Positions 1 to 15,384 of a stretch of 64,000 nt of DNA are shown here, piece after piece; within the stretch, counting starts at the first letter, position 1, and each line of letters starts with the position of its first letter. The notes below the pieces were generated by a model. It saw only the letters and a program-made list of their open reading frames with translations. It was not told the DNA's origin and made no database searches. Source of the stretch: Eledone cirrhosa. Lineage: Eukaryota. A program made the position numbers and the translations under genes. The stretch lies in contig OZ024742.1 of assembly GCA_964016885.1 (NCBI GenBank), positions 309,814,001 through 309,878,000 on the forward strand. Reading direction: 5' to 3'.

Positions 1-42
<42 letters not shown>

Positions 43-92
43 ATATATAATATATATATATATGTGTGTGTATATATAATATATGATATATA

Positions 93-142
<50 letters not shown>

Positions 143-289
143 CTCGCGCGTGTATTCATATATACGTATCAATACACACATACACACATACACACACCCT
201 TATGTATATATATATATGTGTGTATATTTATACGTATATATGAATACACAGAGAGAGAGAGAGAGAGAGATGCATGCCCGTACACACAT

Positions 290-323
<34 letters not shown>

Positions 324-549
324 GTACATATATATTGCATGCTACTATTTATGTACTCCAAATCAGTGCGATGTTTCCACCTAGGCTTACTGGCTTAGGG
401 ATGAACAGTGCCTGAAAAACACAGTAAGAAAATATATCTTGGATAGTTTCTTAATTTTTGTAGTGTAAATATTTGTGAATACAATGATCGAATTCATACG
501 TTTTCGGAAAATCCCCTTTGGTATTAATTTTGATATGTATGTGTGTGTT

Positions 550-602
<53 letters not shown>

Positions 603-617
603 ATGTATATATATATT

Positions 618-648
<31 letters not shown>

Positions 649-695
649 TATTGTCTGTGTGTGTGTATATATATATATATATGTATATACGTGTG

Positions 696-727
<32 letters not shown>

Positions 728-765
728 GACAATATATATATAATATATATATATGTATATACGTG

Positions 766-799
<34 letters not shown>

Positions 800-1110
800 T
801 ATGTATATATATACACACATATATATATATGTGTGTGTGTTCATATATATATATATATATATGTTCATTACATATATACACATGTATGTATGTATATATA
901 TATATATATATGTATGTATATGTGTGTACAATTGTTTGCTGAAGCTAGGTATATGTATAATTATTCAGATGTCAGCCTTATATAGAGTTCTAACACACGC
1001 GCACACACACACACTCATACCCGCGCCCACTCACACACGTATATATATGTGTGGTATATATTTATGATTATGTATGTGCGCCGAAATAGCTGTAGATTAT
1101 CTATTTTTAC

Positions 1111-1177
<67 letters not shown>

Positions 1178-1268
1178 TAAAAGTAGAGAATTGTGTGTGT
1201 ATAAGAAAGTGTTTAATATATATATATATGTCTGTGTATATATGTGTACACAAACACACAAACACACA

Positions 1269-1368
<100 letters not shown>

Positions 1369-2554
1369 TGTGGTGCGTGTGTGCGTGTGTTTGAACATGA
1401 CTGACGGTTTTGTTGATATTTAAATATGACAGAAACTCTCACCCATTTTTCTCTCCTCTTCCCCACCTCCAAAGTTTTCGACGAAAGATTATCACTTAAA
1501 TGGTGTCTCTCTTATAAATTTCTCATCACACATATCTTATTTCACTGATACCTAAATTACTGAAACGAACAGTTTCCATACGACAAATGCTTGTGTTTTA
1601 CATTTCTTGTTATTTACTGTATTTATATATTTCTTTGCCGTGTACATTCTTTAAATTTTGGATCTCCATCGGTTCCACGGGTGAATGTCCCAGTTGATTC
1701 GATCAACCTAACAGCCAGCTCATAAAATAAACGTTGAATAAGATAAGATATGTAATCCTAACGTATTTTTCAGAGAGGTTCTGCGTGATTCTTTGTATTA
1801 TAAGTTCAACTTATTTTTTGCCAACTGAGAAGACTGTAGCAACGTGAAATAAAATATTTTGCTCAAGGGGTCAACGCACCACCGTGTATCGAACTCACTA
1901 CTATACTATCGATTCGACTCATGACTGAAATTAGGTAAACGGAAACTATTTGGAAGCCCATCAGATGGACTGTACTTGTAATTTAATGGTGTTAGCCATG
2001 TCACACACATTGTCCCACAGAATCTTCACGAGTACATGAATACATTTAAAGTACACATATTTGAGGAAATCTGAGCCACTTTTATGTTAATTTCAAGAGC
2101 AGACAACTGGAACATTCATCGTCGAAACAAGAGATCCATTCCATAAAAAAACAACAACATTTTTTTCCCCCAATATTGTCCTTTGCATCATTCTGTGTGT
2201 AAATCTAGCCCAGGTCTGGTACTTTATTTATGGAACTCAAGAATCATGAATGTCGAAGTTGACCTGGACAGTATTTCAACTGGGAACACTAGGGAATGCT
2301 ACTGAGTAACCAGTGGTGATTTGTGCAACGCGCAAACATATCTGCCAATCCATACTACTCTTAATGATTTCTTATTTAAGCACAAGGCCAGCAATTTATG
2401 GTAGGAGGAAAGGTAAAGTTGACCTCGGCAGAATTTGAACCCAGAACATAAAGGGCCGGAACTTGTCCGTGGCTTTAACGACTTTGCTAATCACCAACCT
2501 ATCCACATAACTCATAATGGTATTTAACATGGACCATGCCATACGTATACACAG

Positions 2555-2813
<259 letters not shown>

Positions 2814-2868
2814 ATATATGTATATACACACACACATTGACCAAGCATCGGGACTCTGTCGAGGCATG

Positions 2869-3170
2869 TAGGCGCATGGTTAGTGGTTAGACCATTTGAC
2901 TTACAATCGTGAGGTTGTGAGTTTAATTCCAGGACCGGGCTTTGCATTATGTTCTTGAGCAAGACACTTTATTTCATGTTGCTCCAGTTTACTCAGCTGT
3001 AGAAATGAGTTCCGGCGTCACTGGTGCGTTAACGGCCTTTGCCTTACCCTTGGACAACATCGGTCGCGTGGAGAGGGGAGACTGCTGGTCTTACACAAAC
3101 AGCCTTGCCCAGAATTATGTCATGGAGATATACGTTCTAGGTGGCCATTCGTGACTGAAGGGGGTCTTTA
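2869..3170 (+). mobile_element. tRNA-derived SINE, same head with a different tail
   Basis: A/B boxes and the core gagcaagacactttatttc; tail ends ggggtctttac. Confidence 0.75.
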
Positions 3171-3496
3171 CACACACACACACACACACATACATATATA
3201 TATATATGATTTTTCATTCTTTTTTTTACTTGGACTCCCTTTTATTTTCTGTATCTATTCTTTGTGATCCTGTCTCTATTTTTGTACTCCCGAAGAAGGG
3301 CTAAAGCCTGACACGTCAAACTTTCTTCCTTTTTTCATATAAAGTGTGAAACTAATAAGAATTTTGTACCTCTATTTGTCGTTTCCTTGAACTATATATA
3401 TATATATATGTAAAAGGTAAACAGAAATAACAACACAATCGGAACAATATATGGAAGGTACATATTAGGTTAACGCTTGATATAGCAGGAAGAGGG

Positions 3497-3532
3497 TCTT
3501 AACGTTTCGGACGCTAGTCCTTCATCAGAAGA
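3497..3532 (-). ncRNA. Minimal type I hammerhead ribozyme motif (PLE-type)
   Basis: Minus strand: tctt-CTGATGA-a-ggac(tagc)gtcc-GAAA-cg-TT-aaga. Intact core, 4-bp stems I and II. Confidence 0.75.
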
Positions 3533-3693
3533 AAGAATAAGAAATTATATATATATATATATATATATACGAATACCTGATGATGTCACCGGATTCATAC
3601 TGAACCCGGTCATTGAAATGTTCATATTATAATAAACCTTTAAGGAATTACACCAGTCCAACCTCCTGTTATTTTATAATATATATATATATA

Positions 3694-4048
3694 TGGAGGC
3701 ACATGGCTTAGTGGTTATAGCATTGGGCTTGCAATCGAAAGGTTGTGAGTTCAATTCTCAGACCGGGTGATGTGTTGTTTCCTTGAGCAAGACACTTTAT
3801 TTCACATTGCTCCAGTTTACTCAGCTGTAAAAATGAGATGATAGGGACCCCAGTCCCTATCATTCCACTGCAAAGTGGTAGTGGAGGTGCCACGGCAAAA
3901 AAGCACCCAGCACTCACTGTAAATGAGGTTGGTGTTAGGAAGGGCATCCAGCTGTAGAAATCAAGCCAGAATCAGTTCCCGTCCCACCCTTGCAAGCGGG
4001 GAAAAGTGGACGTAAAATGAAATGATGAAATGATGATGATGATGATGA

Positions 4049-4050
<2 letters not shown>
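3694..4050 (+). mobile_element. tRNA-derived SINE, family 1
   Basis: A box (tggcttagtgg), B box (gttcaattc), core gagcaagacactttatttcac, (GAT)n tail. Close copies at 7648-7983 (+), 26089-26380 (+), 8661-8930 (-), 10785-10901 (-) and 27193-27390 (-). Confidence 0.85.
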
Positions 4051-4084
<34 letters not shown>

Positions 4085-4192
4085 GTATTGATGTTTACAT
4101 ATACAGGTACACGCGAAACCCATATCTATTAGGTATTGTGACGGATGTCTTGTGATTCTACGCTTTAAAGAAAAGGCAACTGATGAGAGGGG

Positions 4193-4247
<55 letters not shown>

Positions 4248-4646
4248 ATTATTACGTAAATACATATAAAACCATGATTGTTAAGTGGACGAAAAAGGAA
4301 ACTCCCTTAACTATATTTAAGTGTATGTTAAAACAGTTTATAATTAATCTTATATAATCAAATAATTGTTTCTACATTTGGCACAAGGCCAGCAATTACC
4401 CAGTACATTACTGGTACTTTATTTTATCGACCCCGTAAGGATGAAAGGCAAAGTTAACCTCGGCGGGATTTGAATAATCAAATAATGACATGACGTCATG
4501 GCTGTCATCCTAAATTCTAACTAAATTGAAAGCCCTGTGAAATTTTATAACATATGTTTAGATTCGGAAATAGTAAGAGAGTCACAGTTTTTATTTGGTA
4601 CTTTATTTTGTAGAACCTTATATTGATCATCATCTTACTACTGCTG

Positions 4647-4718
<72 letters not shown>

Positions 4719-4929
4719 TTTTTTGTAAAAGTATTTAATGAAGATACGATTCACATATAGTGTATGTATTTCGGATAAATATAAAAACACAATATGTATA
4801 ATATGTGATTATATATATATTATTTTATGTATAAATAATTGTTTCTACTTTTGGCACAAGGCCAGCAATTATCTCAGTACATTGCTGGTACTTTATTTTA
4901 TCGACCCCGTAAAATACATGTTAAATATA

Positions 4930-5031
<102 letters not shown>

Positions 5032-5299
5032 CGCGTGCGCATAACTATATCTATGTAAAACTATTCCTGTTCTCCGTGGTGCCAACTAATTATAACGCCT
5101 GTATATAATACAAGCATTGTAAAGTTAATGTTTATTAATTATGTGAATACTTAGCATTCTGATCATGATTTCTTATTTATTAGATATTATATACACGAAC
5201 AACTTACGTACATAAGAAATCATAGCTATAATTTTAAAGAAATACAAAGCAAGTGACGTCCGAAAAAGTCTCCTCTACTTCCAACTAACTTACCTTCCG

Positions 5300-5545
5300 C
5301 TTCTGGGTCCCGGCCGACTGGATGGAGAATACATTGCCCCGGAGGTTGGTGAGGCAGACGCGCTGGAACAGCTACTCCACCTCGTGGGGCTCGCACAAGC
5401 GGGCGGTCAACTTCGTTCTGATAGCAATGAGTAGGGTGGTGGTTTGGCGGCCCAAGAACGCCGGATGTCCCCACTGCTACATGCTCTACCACAATCCTAT
5501 TAGAGAGCGGCGGATACTTGGTCAGTTTGCCTTCTTCGGCTTGGC
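5300..5545 (+). mobile_element. GC-rich dispersed repeat, probably an old LINE (Tx1-like) fragment
   Basis: Homologous to 26520-26795 (-) and 55765-55880 (+), sharing ccccggagg...actccac...ggggctc. The family assignment is weak. Confidence 0.45.
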
Positions 5546-5909
5546 GGGCAGCAGCGCCTGGACTGGTAGCCGTTCGCACCAGTTTGCCATAAGAATAGGT
5601 GTCACAGCATGTGGCATTCCTGATGGGTGTGGTGGGGGTTGTGCGGGAGGGGGCTACCCACGCAGAACGGGAAGATATACAATTATTAAAGACAATTACT
5701 CTTAAAGCTTTAATTGTTCGTAATTATCAACTATTGTCTACTCTCTTTGAATTAAAGTATGAAAGAATTGTACAGTTATGAAACCTTCATCTAGGGACAC
5801 ACAAAATGTAAAATAAGGAGGTAAGAGAGCAGTATTGGAGATCGGTACCCTCTCACAATAAATGATATTCTCTCTCTCTCTATATCTATATATATATATA
5901 TATATATAC

Positions 5910-6080
5910 ACGACTTGCTGTAACCCAGTACAACCCGTCTCATGGTCGGGTCGTCGGCGACTAAACCGCAATCCCACCAAGCTCACTTGGTGAGGAGGGT
6001 GATATTTGGACACCCTGCGAGATGAAATACAAGACCCGGCAAAGAGCGGAGGAACTCAGCAGAATCAACGGCCATCCAAA
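5910..6080 (+). mobile_element. Diverged 5' fragment of the same RTE-like family
   Basis: Aligns to 15785-15960 (catggtcgggtcg..ggcgactaaac...ggccatccaaa). Confidence 0.6.
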
Positions 6081-6345
6081 TAGTATTTTTTTTTTTTATA
6101 CGGAGAGGTTAAATTCCGAGGCATAAAAAGCTGAGGGGTGTCGTTGTATTATCCGTGGCAAACATTTGCACCGAAGATATGTGTCGTCAGTTCCAAAAAG
6201 TGTGGTTGGTCCTACAAAAGCCTTCACTACTTAAAACAAAACTTTGTGTGGGTAGTTCACTTTCTCATTTTTAACTTTTGTTGGGCACTCATACGTCGGA
6301 TATCGACGGGAGAGTCCATCATATACACACACACACACGTGTGTG

Positions 6346-6430
<85 letters not shown>

Positions 6431-6432
<2 letters not shown>

Positions 6433-6643
6433 CGAAGGAAATGTGGTAAGGAACCAAGTGGACCATAATGCACCAAAGTACTCAATACTTAAGGGTAGTA
6501 GAGTGGGTAATAGGAACGGGTAGGACCCCGACGGCTGAGCTCAAGCCGTTTCGACGGCTAATTCTGAACGCAGAATTAGCCGTCGTCCAGAATTAGCCGT
6601 CGAAACGGCTTGAGCTCAGCCGCCGGGGTCCTACTCGTTCCTA
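6431..6643 (-). mobile_element. Fold-back family A element
   Basis: Tail aacgaaggaaatgtggtaaggaacc...gtagtagagtgggta, then a palindrome taggaac...gttccta, between TA tracts. Confidence 0.8.
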
Positions 6644-6689
6644 TATATATATAAGGAGATAGAAAGATAGGGAGAACTAAAACTTTTAC

Positions 6690-6722
<33 letters not shown>

Positions 6723-7005
6723 GTACACTCATATAAGAGCAGCATGCCACCCTCCCGACTCTATTCTCTATCTTGTTTTACTTTTCTCAAAATGGACCCG
6801 ATGATTTAGACATGTTTTGATATTGAAACTGTTGCCAGTCTGGAGTTACGTCAAATTGTTAATCACTCCATTCTTACATCGACCATTCCATGCTGGCATA
6901 TGATGGACGGGACATTTTGAGGAAATAATTTACACCCGGGTACCCTTTCTGACCCAACACATTTATTCACTTCGTACGGCATGCAGATACACATATTTGG
7001 ATATT

Positions 7006-7054
<49 letters not shown>

Positions 7055-7058
<4 letters not shown>

Positions 7059-7248
7059 AGAGTCGGGATCCCGACGGCTGAGGTCCGGCCGTTTCGGCTG
7101 CTAGATCCGAACTGTTCGGATCTAACTGTCGAAACGGCCGGATTTCAGCCGTCGGGGTCCCGACCCTTTTCCTATTACCCATTCTACTACCTTAAGTATC
7201 AAGTACTCAGGTGCGTTATGGTCCACCTGGTATCTTACCACACCTTTG

Positions 7249-7250
<2 letters not shown>
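7055..7250 (+). mobile_element. Fold-back family A element (variant subfamily)
   Basis: Palindrome centred on tccgaactgttcgga, then GAAAcggc...gccgTCgggg and the family tail; TA flanks. Confidence 0.75.
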
Positions 7251-7339
<89 letters not shown>

Positions 7340-7435
7340 AGAAAAAAGAGAACCAGTCATATCATACTCTGCTCTATGAGACCATCGAGTGCTCAAGCGG
7401 CCTACCGCATACGGACGCTTTAAGCATCCAACACC

Positions 7436-8041
<606 letters not shown>

Positions 8042-8582
8042 AGTGGAAGCTTAGTAAAATCGAAGCTTTGGCTGCGGCCAAGCAAAATCGACCTACAATT
8101 AGGAATGAGTAGCAAAGCACCCAATAAGGGTAGGTCCTTAGAGTAATAACATTACGTTTAGATAGCTTGACAAATTGAAAATTGCGGCAGGCAAAACTCA
8201 ACCATGCAATAACAACGAAAAAACTAATCAGGTTATACAACAATATATATGTGTGTGTGTATGTGTGTGTGTGTGTAACAACAGTTTAGAAAATCGATAA
8301 AAAATATGATTTGTAGCCATCGGCTGTTGTGACAGACTTTTCTGCGTTTTGGATTCCTACATTTTCTAAAAAATAGAATTACAAGACTGTAAAATGGCAG
8401 TGTCGAGTAAAAATTACCTCAAAGGACAGAAATCAGTAGATCCTGTTCTTTGAGGTGATTTTACCCGACACTGTTATTGATGGCATTTTGCTGTTTTAAC
8501 AGCTATTCTTGTGTTGAGTTTTTCTCATTATTCTATGAATTCCAATAAATTCGCGCCCACCTCGCTCTTTAAGACAACATTG

Positions 8583-8663
<81 letters not shown>

Positions 8664-9084
8664 TCATCATTATCATCATCATCACCGTTTTACGTCCGTT
8701 CTTCCACGCTAGCATGGGTTAGACGGGTTGTCCTGTTGTGGGCAGTGTCTGGTCGGCCGACCATGCCTTGCTCATACAGGAACTGATCTGGCTTGATTTC
8801 TACAGCTGGATGCCCTTCCTAACACCAACCTCATTTACAGTGAGTGCTGGGTGCTTTTTCGTGGCGCCTACACGTCCACTTTACAGTGTGGGCTGGGTGC
8901 TTTTTTGCCGTGGCACCTCCACGGCCACCTTGCGGTGGGGGGGGGGGGGGGCATATTGTTTATATGCTTCAGCATGTACCCATGGGAGGTCGGGTACCCT
9001 GTATTACTGCGTGACGCCAGAAGTCACGGTCGTGTGTCATTGACTTTGAGAGGTGTAGTTGGGTAAGGTCGGCTTTTATCACCT

Positions 9085-9140
<56 letters not shown>

Positions 9141-9386
9141 GTGAAGTTTTTTTTTAACAAAATGAAAAATAACCGAGGTGTCCTACACGAGTGACAGTAT
9201 AAGGAAAAAAGATGAAATCGAAAATGCAACTAGTCTTTTTTAAAAATAATATATATTTATTTGGTTCCTTTACCAGTTTCGCAGTTTTGCTTTTCAAAAG
9301 TAGAATTGAGATGGAGGGTTTGTGGTTTTTCTCACATCTATATATATCTCATGTGTGTGTGTATATATATATATACATACACACAG

Positions 9387-9423
<37 letters not shown>

Positions 9424-9444
9424 TATAATATATGTGTATATATA

Positions 9445-9674
9445 CAGGGTGAGCATAACCCCTCTTCCCTGATTATAAAATACCATATCTCGGATACTAT
9501 TTGAGATTTTACTTTTTCGTTGTTATAAATGTTTAAGTTTCAAGTTCAAAGATTTTCTGAAAATGTTTTACATTTTCTCTTCTACAGGAAGTAATTGTAA
9601 TTTTCAGTAACAAAATGGGATCTATGAAACAAAAGTCTCAGTGTGCTTTTTGGCCTCAAAGACTGCTTACCCTG
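9445..9674. mobile_element. Tc1/mariner-type MITE
   Basis: TIRs cagggtgagca / tgcttaccctg with TA on both sides. Confidence 0.65.
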
Positions 9675-10130
9675 TATATATATACTATTTAGTGGTGACA
9701 TACAATCAACCATGTTATGACCCTCTGTTAATGCGCGACAGTATCAATCAAGAATTATATAATAGCGTTGTGTATACTGTTCTCTGAAAATTCATTAAGG
9801 TGTTTGCTTCATATACATCTACGTACCTTCACCCCTACTAATTACATACCTATATACACTCACGCAAGCAGATCCTCTTTTCTTTTTTTATCATTTTTAA
9901 ATTACAGAGAAACTGGCACACTCTTTTTTCCGGTATTCCTAAACTAGAATATGAAAGATATCTGTTAGATTAGGACTTAGTCCTTGCTGATAACCTAGTT
10001 TTATCTCTGGCTGTTGATAGCTTATCACGTTAACCATTAACACCATATTATATTATCTTGCTAGCTATTCGGCACACAATATTTATCAATCAATTTGTTA
10101 CATTATTTTTACTATATAAACTCTTATTAC

Positions 10131-10485
10131 GTGGACGGAACATGGCTGAACGGTTAATGAATTTGCTTTGCAATCATCAGGTCCCGAGTTCAATCCCTCG
10201 TGTGGCAATTTGGGCAAGTGACATTCACCATAGCCTCTTTTCAACCCACGCCTTGTGAGTGAAATTGGGTGAGCATAAACTATTTGAAAGCCAGGCAGAT
10301 AGAATGTATTTGTAATTCAAAAAGCCAGTCACTGTGTCGCGCTGAATCTCCAAGAGAATTATGTGAATGGTACACATGTCTTTGGGATGCTCAGCCAATT
10401 ACACGTTAATTTGATTGGCAGCTTGTACCATTCATCGAAAAACTGGAATATTCATTGCCGCAACTGACGGAGATCCATTCCATTC
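10131..10485 (+). mobile_element. Old tRNA-derived SINE
   Basis: Degenerate A/B boxes. The tail gtgtcgcgctgaatctcc...ggtacacatgtc is shared with 1960-2140, 19550-19830 and 24085-24235. Confidence 0.65.
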
Positions 10486-10551
10486 CATTTACTGGCAGTT
10501 TTACTTTACGAATTAGCAACTAATTCCAACACTTATTACATTAGAAACGAA

Positions 10552-10653
10552 ATAAGTGTGTGGATAAGTTTAAGCCCACACCTACATAAGTGTGTGGAGA
10601 AGTCTAAGCCCACACCTACATAAGTGTGTGGATAAGTCTAAGCCCACACCTAA
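10552..10653 (+). repeat. 34-bp tandem repeat, 3 copies
   Basis: Unit ataagtgtgtggataagt(t/c)taagcccacacctac, with an internal gtgtgg/ccacac hairpin. Confidence 0.9.
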
Positions 10654-11531
10654 ATTTGTTAAGTTCATATTAATTGCAGAGATTTCATTATGCATTGTGT
10701 CAACTCTGACGTAATGTATTTAGAACAGGAAGTGTCTGAACAGCCATGTGGCATCTTATACGATTTACAATTACATGCCCTAGGTAGTGGAATGATAGGG
10801 AACCCAGTCCCTATCATCTCATTTCTACAGCTGAGTAAACTGGAGCAATGTGAAATAAAGTGTCTTGCTCAAGGAAACAACACATCAGCCGGTCTGAGAA
10901 TTATATATAATACATATATATATATATATAATACATATATAATACATATATATATATAATACATATATATATAATACATAATAAAATACATATATATATA
11001 TATATATGTATGGATATATATATATGTATGGATATAGATAGATATACACGCATACATACACACAGTAATGTATACAGGTGAAACATGTAATAATTATGTA
11101 TGATTTTATATATGTGAAGAATATGTGTGTGTTTACTTTATTTTATATATTATTTACTCGTCTGTGTATGCGTTGAAATCTGTGTCTAAGTGGAGCTGTT
11201 ATATGTAAATGGTGTAAGGCAACTCGTAGCTGCCGATTTCGACTGTGTTGAAGAGGACGAAAGTGAAGCCATATCGGCTGCAGCTGATACCCAACCGGAA
11301 GAAGTTAAAACCAACATCCGGACCTCTCACAGCTTAAAGCTCCGAGCAGCCACTGCCTAACACGGAAACAACGACTAACAGAGAGATTGAGAAAAAGAAG
11401 AAAGATAAAGTTAGAGATAGAGTGGGTGAGAAGGGTTTGGGAGATTTAAGAAAACAACTGCATATTACCAACCTATTATTATATTTGTGTGTGTATATAT
11501 GTTTATATATATAAACACACACACACACACT

Positions 11532-11585
<54 letters not shown>

Positions 11586-11765
11586 CAGACACACACACAC
11601 ACACATATATATATATTGATGCCGGCGTTTTGTATATATATATATATATATACATACTTAAAAAACGCCAGTATCAACAGTTTTCCAAGTGATGGCAACA
11701 TAAATGGACCTGTTAATTTTCTCTAAAAAGTTTATTTCCGATTCCGCCCTGTTCCTCCCTTCAAT

Positions 11766-11800
11766 ATTCTGATGAAGGACTAGCGTCCGAAAAGTTAGGA
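11766..11800 (+). ncRNA. Minimal hammerhead ribozyme motif, same family as 3497-3532
   Basis: CTGATGA-a-ggac(tagc)gtcc-GAAA-agtta, followed by the same tail (gttccgattgtgttg...tttacctttt). Confidence 0.65.
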
Positions 11801-11887
11801 CACTAATCCTGTTATTTCAAGCGCTGTTCCGATTGTGTTGTTTTTTTCTGTTTACCTTTTACACACACACACACACACACACATACA

Positions 11888-11929
<42 letters not shown>

Positions 11930-12409
11930 TTCATGCCAATTCTCTGCGAAATGCGCGTAACAAGCCGATACACAATAAAAAAAACCTAAATACATGGTAC
12001 ATGTAAACGAAACTTTTTCTTTATATATATATATATATATATATAGTTAGATAGATATAGTAGCAATCCAGGCGGAATAGTTAAAGTCGGATATATATAC
12101 ATATATCCGACTTTAACTATTCCTCCTGGATTGCTACTATATCTATCTAACTCCAAATATACATGTTCGAGGAGGATATTTAATTACATGCATATATATA
12201 TATATATATATATTTAAATATATATATATATATAATAACATAAACGGAGAAAGCCATTAGCGATACTCCGACCAATTTCCAACTCACTCAACAAACATTA
12301 GGAAATACCGGAGTATATTCCCAATTAAACGTTTGGGGTGCTAACTATATTGTATTGAGTGGATAATTGGCTGTATTATTTCATGAGCTATATTAAAAAA
12401 ATCTCATTC

Positions 12410-12531
12410 CCCATACGATCGTTTCATTATAAGATTTCTACATGGTTGGTGAAATTATACTAAGTTATGTAGAAGCTTGTGTAAAATCAATGGATTCTTA
12501 TGCAAGTGGGCTCTTATAAATCTTCAGTGGG
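12410..12531 (-). ncRNA. Hammerhead ribozyme motif with extended stem II
   Basis: Minus strand: ccca-CTGAAGA-t-ttataaga...tcttataa-t-GAAA-cgatcg-TA-tggg. 4-bp stem I, 8-bp base of stem II, palindromic stem III. The element is flanked by TA tracts. Confidence 0.7.
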
Positions 12532-12913
12532 TGCCCAATATATATATATATATATTATCATTAAGTACCACAACGAAGACAATAAGAACACGCCTTTCAT
12601 TGGCTGGACCAACGTTTCAATCGATGTTGGGGAAAAAGATCCGGAAGTTACTTCCGGGTCTTTTTTCTCCCAGCACAGGTCTTAATGGCAATATCCTAAA
12701 ACAATATACTAAACATGAATATTGTTGCTTGTTGATTTATTATAATTAAAAAAAAAAGCGATTTTACGCTTAGTATTTCAATAAATACGCAATATGTCGG
12801 ATTTGTATCACAGTAGGCATCCTTATTTTTAAAAATTAAAGAAAGTTTAAGACTTCCAATTCTAGAGTTACTGTTGTGTACTCATGGAGTCATATATCTA
12901 TATTCATAAATAC

Positions 12914-12982
<69 letters not shown>

Positions 12983-12985
<3 letters not shown>

Positions 12986-13060
12986 GGTGTTCCCCAAAAA
13001 TGTATACACACTTTGATTATATTTATGTTGAAATGTGTATACATATTTTGGGATACCCTG
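12983..13060. mobile_element. Tiny Tc1/mariner-type MITE
   Basis: About 30-bp TIRs cagggtgttccccaaaaatgtatacaca / tgtgtatacatattttgggataccctg, TA flanks. Confidence 0.75.
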
Positions 13061-13097
13061 TATGTATAGATATATAGACATTTATTCACACACACAC

Positions 13098-13173
<76 letters not shown>

Positions 13174-14295
13174 AGAGAGTGGAGGGAGACAGTGAGAGAT
13201 TGGTGTATGCAGATGTATATGTTCACACAATTATACAATACATGCACACGTACACACAACAGTTGGTACTGTGTTTAAGCATGCAAGCTTCTTTAAATAA
13301 AAATAGGTTTGGTTATCTTGGGTTTACACTGGCCTGTACAGTAAACTATAGGGTCACAACCGGACCTAATTCCATCATAAACTCTCCCGGGATAATTTAT
13401 GTATGAGATTGCTTGACCTGCTACAAGTAACAGTCAGTTCACTCCCAAATCCCATCCACCCATACCCAAAGCTTGTAAAATGAAGGACATATTGAATAAT
13501 GGATTCTAGGAAAAATAGGGGTGCGTCATGGTTGAAATACTTTTGATCATATGTTTGTTCATCCAAGGCAGAAAACGGAATAAACAAGAAAACACACCAC
13601 CACAACCATCACAAATCATCATACACACACATTCACTATCGGGGTTTAGACAAATTGCGTGGAGCCGTACCTTCATAATAATAATAATGATGATGATGAT
13701 GATGATGATGATGGTGTTGATAATTGCAGAGTGGTGAGGTGAGATGTTAATGATGGTGATGGTTGAGCAAGTGGTGAGAAGATAATGATAATGATAATGA
13801 TAATGATAATGATGATGATGATAGCTGTAGAGTGGTGAGGTGATGCTGATATTGAAAGTTGTGGAGCGGTGTGGTGAGATGGTAATGATAATGGTTGCGG
13901 AGTGGTGATGTGATGGTTATGGTGGTGGTGGTGGTATTGAGGACATCAGATTTGTGTGGTACTTGTATGAAACTGATGGTGACCGACCAATTGAGAATGT
14001 CCAGTGTGTCGGATTTCACCTCACTTTAGCACCACTTAATCACATGGCCATGTACTTCCGTACGATACATTCACTTCAGTCAAACAGTCTCTCATGTACA
14101 CTAACACACGCATATATGTGTGTCCTATGTATTTACACATGCATGTGTAATTATACGTTTATATATATATGTATGTATATATATATATATATATATCATA
14201 TAGATGTACACAAACATATTTATTAATGTAAGTTTATCTTTCTCTTTCTATACATATTTCTATACATATATGTAATGTGTGTGTATGTATGTATG

Positions 14296-14357
<62 letters not shown>

Positions 14358-15025
14358 CTGTGGCTGAGTGGTTAGAGAATTGGATTCGCAATCGTAAGGT
14401 TGTGAGTTCGATTCCTGGACCGGGCAATGCATTGTGTCCTTGAGCAAGACACTTTATTTCACGTTGCTCCTTCTACCTGGAGTTGCGACCGATAGATAGT
14501 ATTAGCAATTGGAAAGACCAACGGAAACATTGTTCCCTCGGTCCGATTTGACAAAAAAGTCGATCGTTCCTATCATATATATCTGTGTGTGTGTGTGTAT
14601 GTGTATGCATATATATGTACCTATTGATGTATGCATATATATGTACATATTGTTGCATGTATATACGCATACATATACACACACACATGCATATATGTAT
14701 ATTTTATATACACATACAAGAATCTCTCTCTCTCTAGGTATATATATATATATATAATGTACTGGTTCACACATATACATTCAGTAAAAGTAGCCAGCGG
14801 TCACGGTGGGGCCTCGCCTTGATTTTGTCGACCATGTCAACCTCTTCTTTGTTTCAAGTCTGAAATATGTATATATTATCATTAAGTACCGCAACCATAT
14901 ATTTATATATATATATATTACCATTAAGTACCACCAAACAATTGTTTTTCCTCCCTTTTCTCTCCCCCACTTCTTTTTTAAATGTTCCCCCCCCCCCCCC
15001 TCGGAACTCTCTTCCTACCAACTGT

Positions 15026-15060
15026 TCTCCTGATGAAGGGCTTATGCCCGAAACGTCGTC
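15026..15060 (+). ncRNA. Minimal hammerhead ribozyme motif
   Basis: CTGATGA-a-gggc(ttat)gccc-GAAA-cg-TC. The tail aagcgtgaaactaata is shared with degenerate copies at about 3210-3392 (+) and 41768-41925 (-). Confidence 0.7.
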
Positions 15061-15384
15061 CCCCACCCCCACTCTCAAGCGTGAAACTAATACTAATATC
15101 ATTTGTATTGCCTCTCTGTTTTTTGTTCTCTGTTCATTTATTAAACTATATATATATATATATATAAGTGATGGCGTTGCAGATTAATAAAGAAACTATG
15201 TAATATGACGGCTACAGCCTGAAAACATACTTCCTCGCATACATTAGTTTGAAGAGCATTGACTGTTGTTTAAGGTGTGTAGGGTTGTGTGGGCAATATG
15301 TTTTTGCTGGTTGTATTTCAATTTATATTATGTTTTGTGCGGTATGTTCATCGTATTTGGGGCTGATTATAGGATTACGAATAG

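Noticed and set aside
3694-3770. tRNA-like sequence, also at 7648, 14354 and 38323
   Set aside because: Continues directly into SINE core and tail sequence and lacks a proper acceptor stem; these are SINE heads, not tRNA genes.
10552-10653. 34-bp hairpin-containing repeats resembling a CRISPR array
   Set aside because: Units are contiguous with no unique spacers, no cas genes are present, and the context is eukaryotic.
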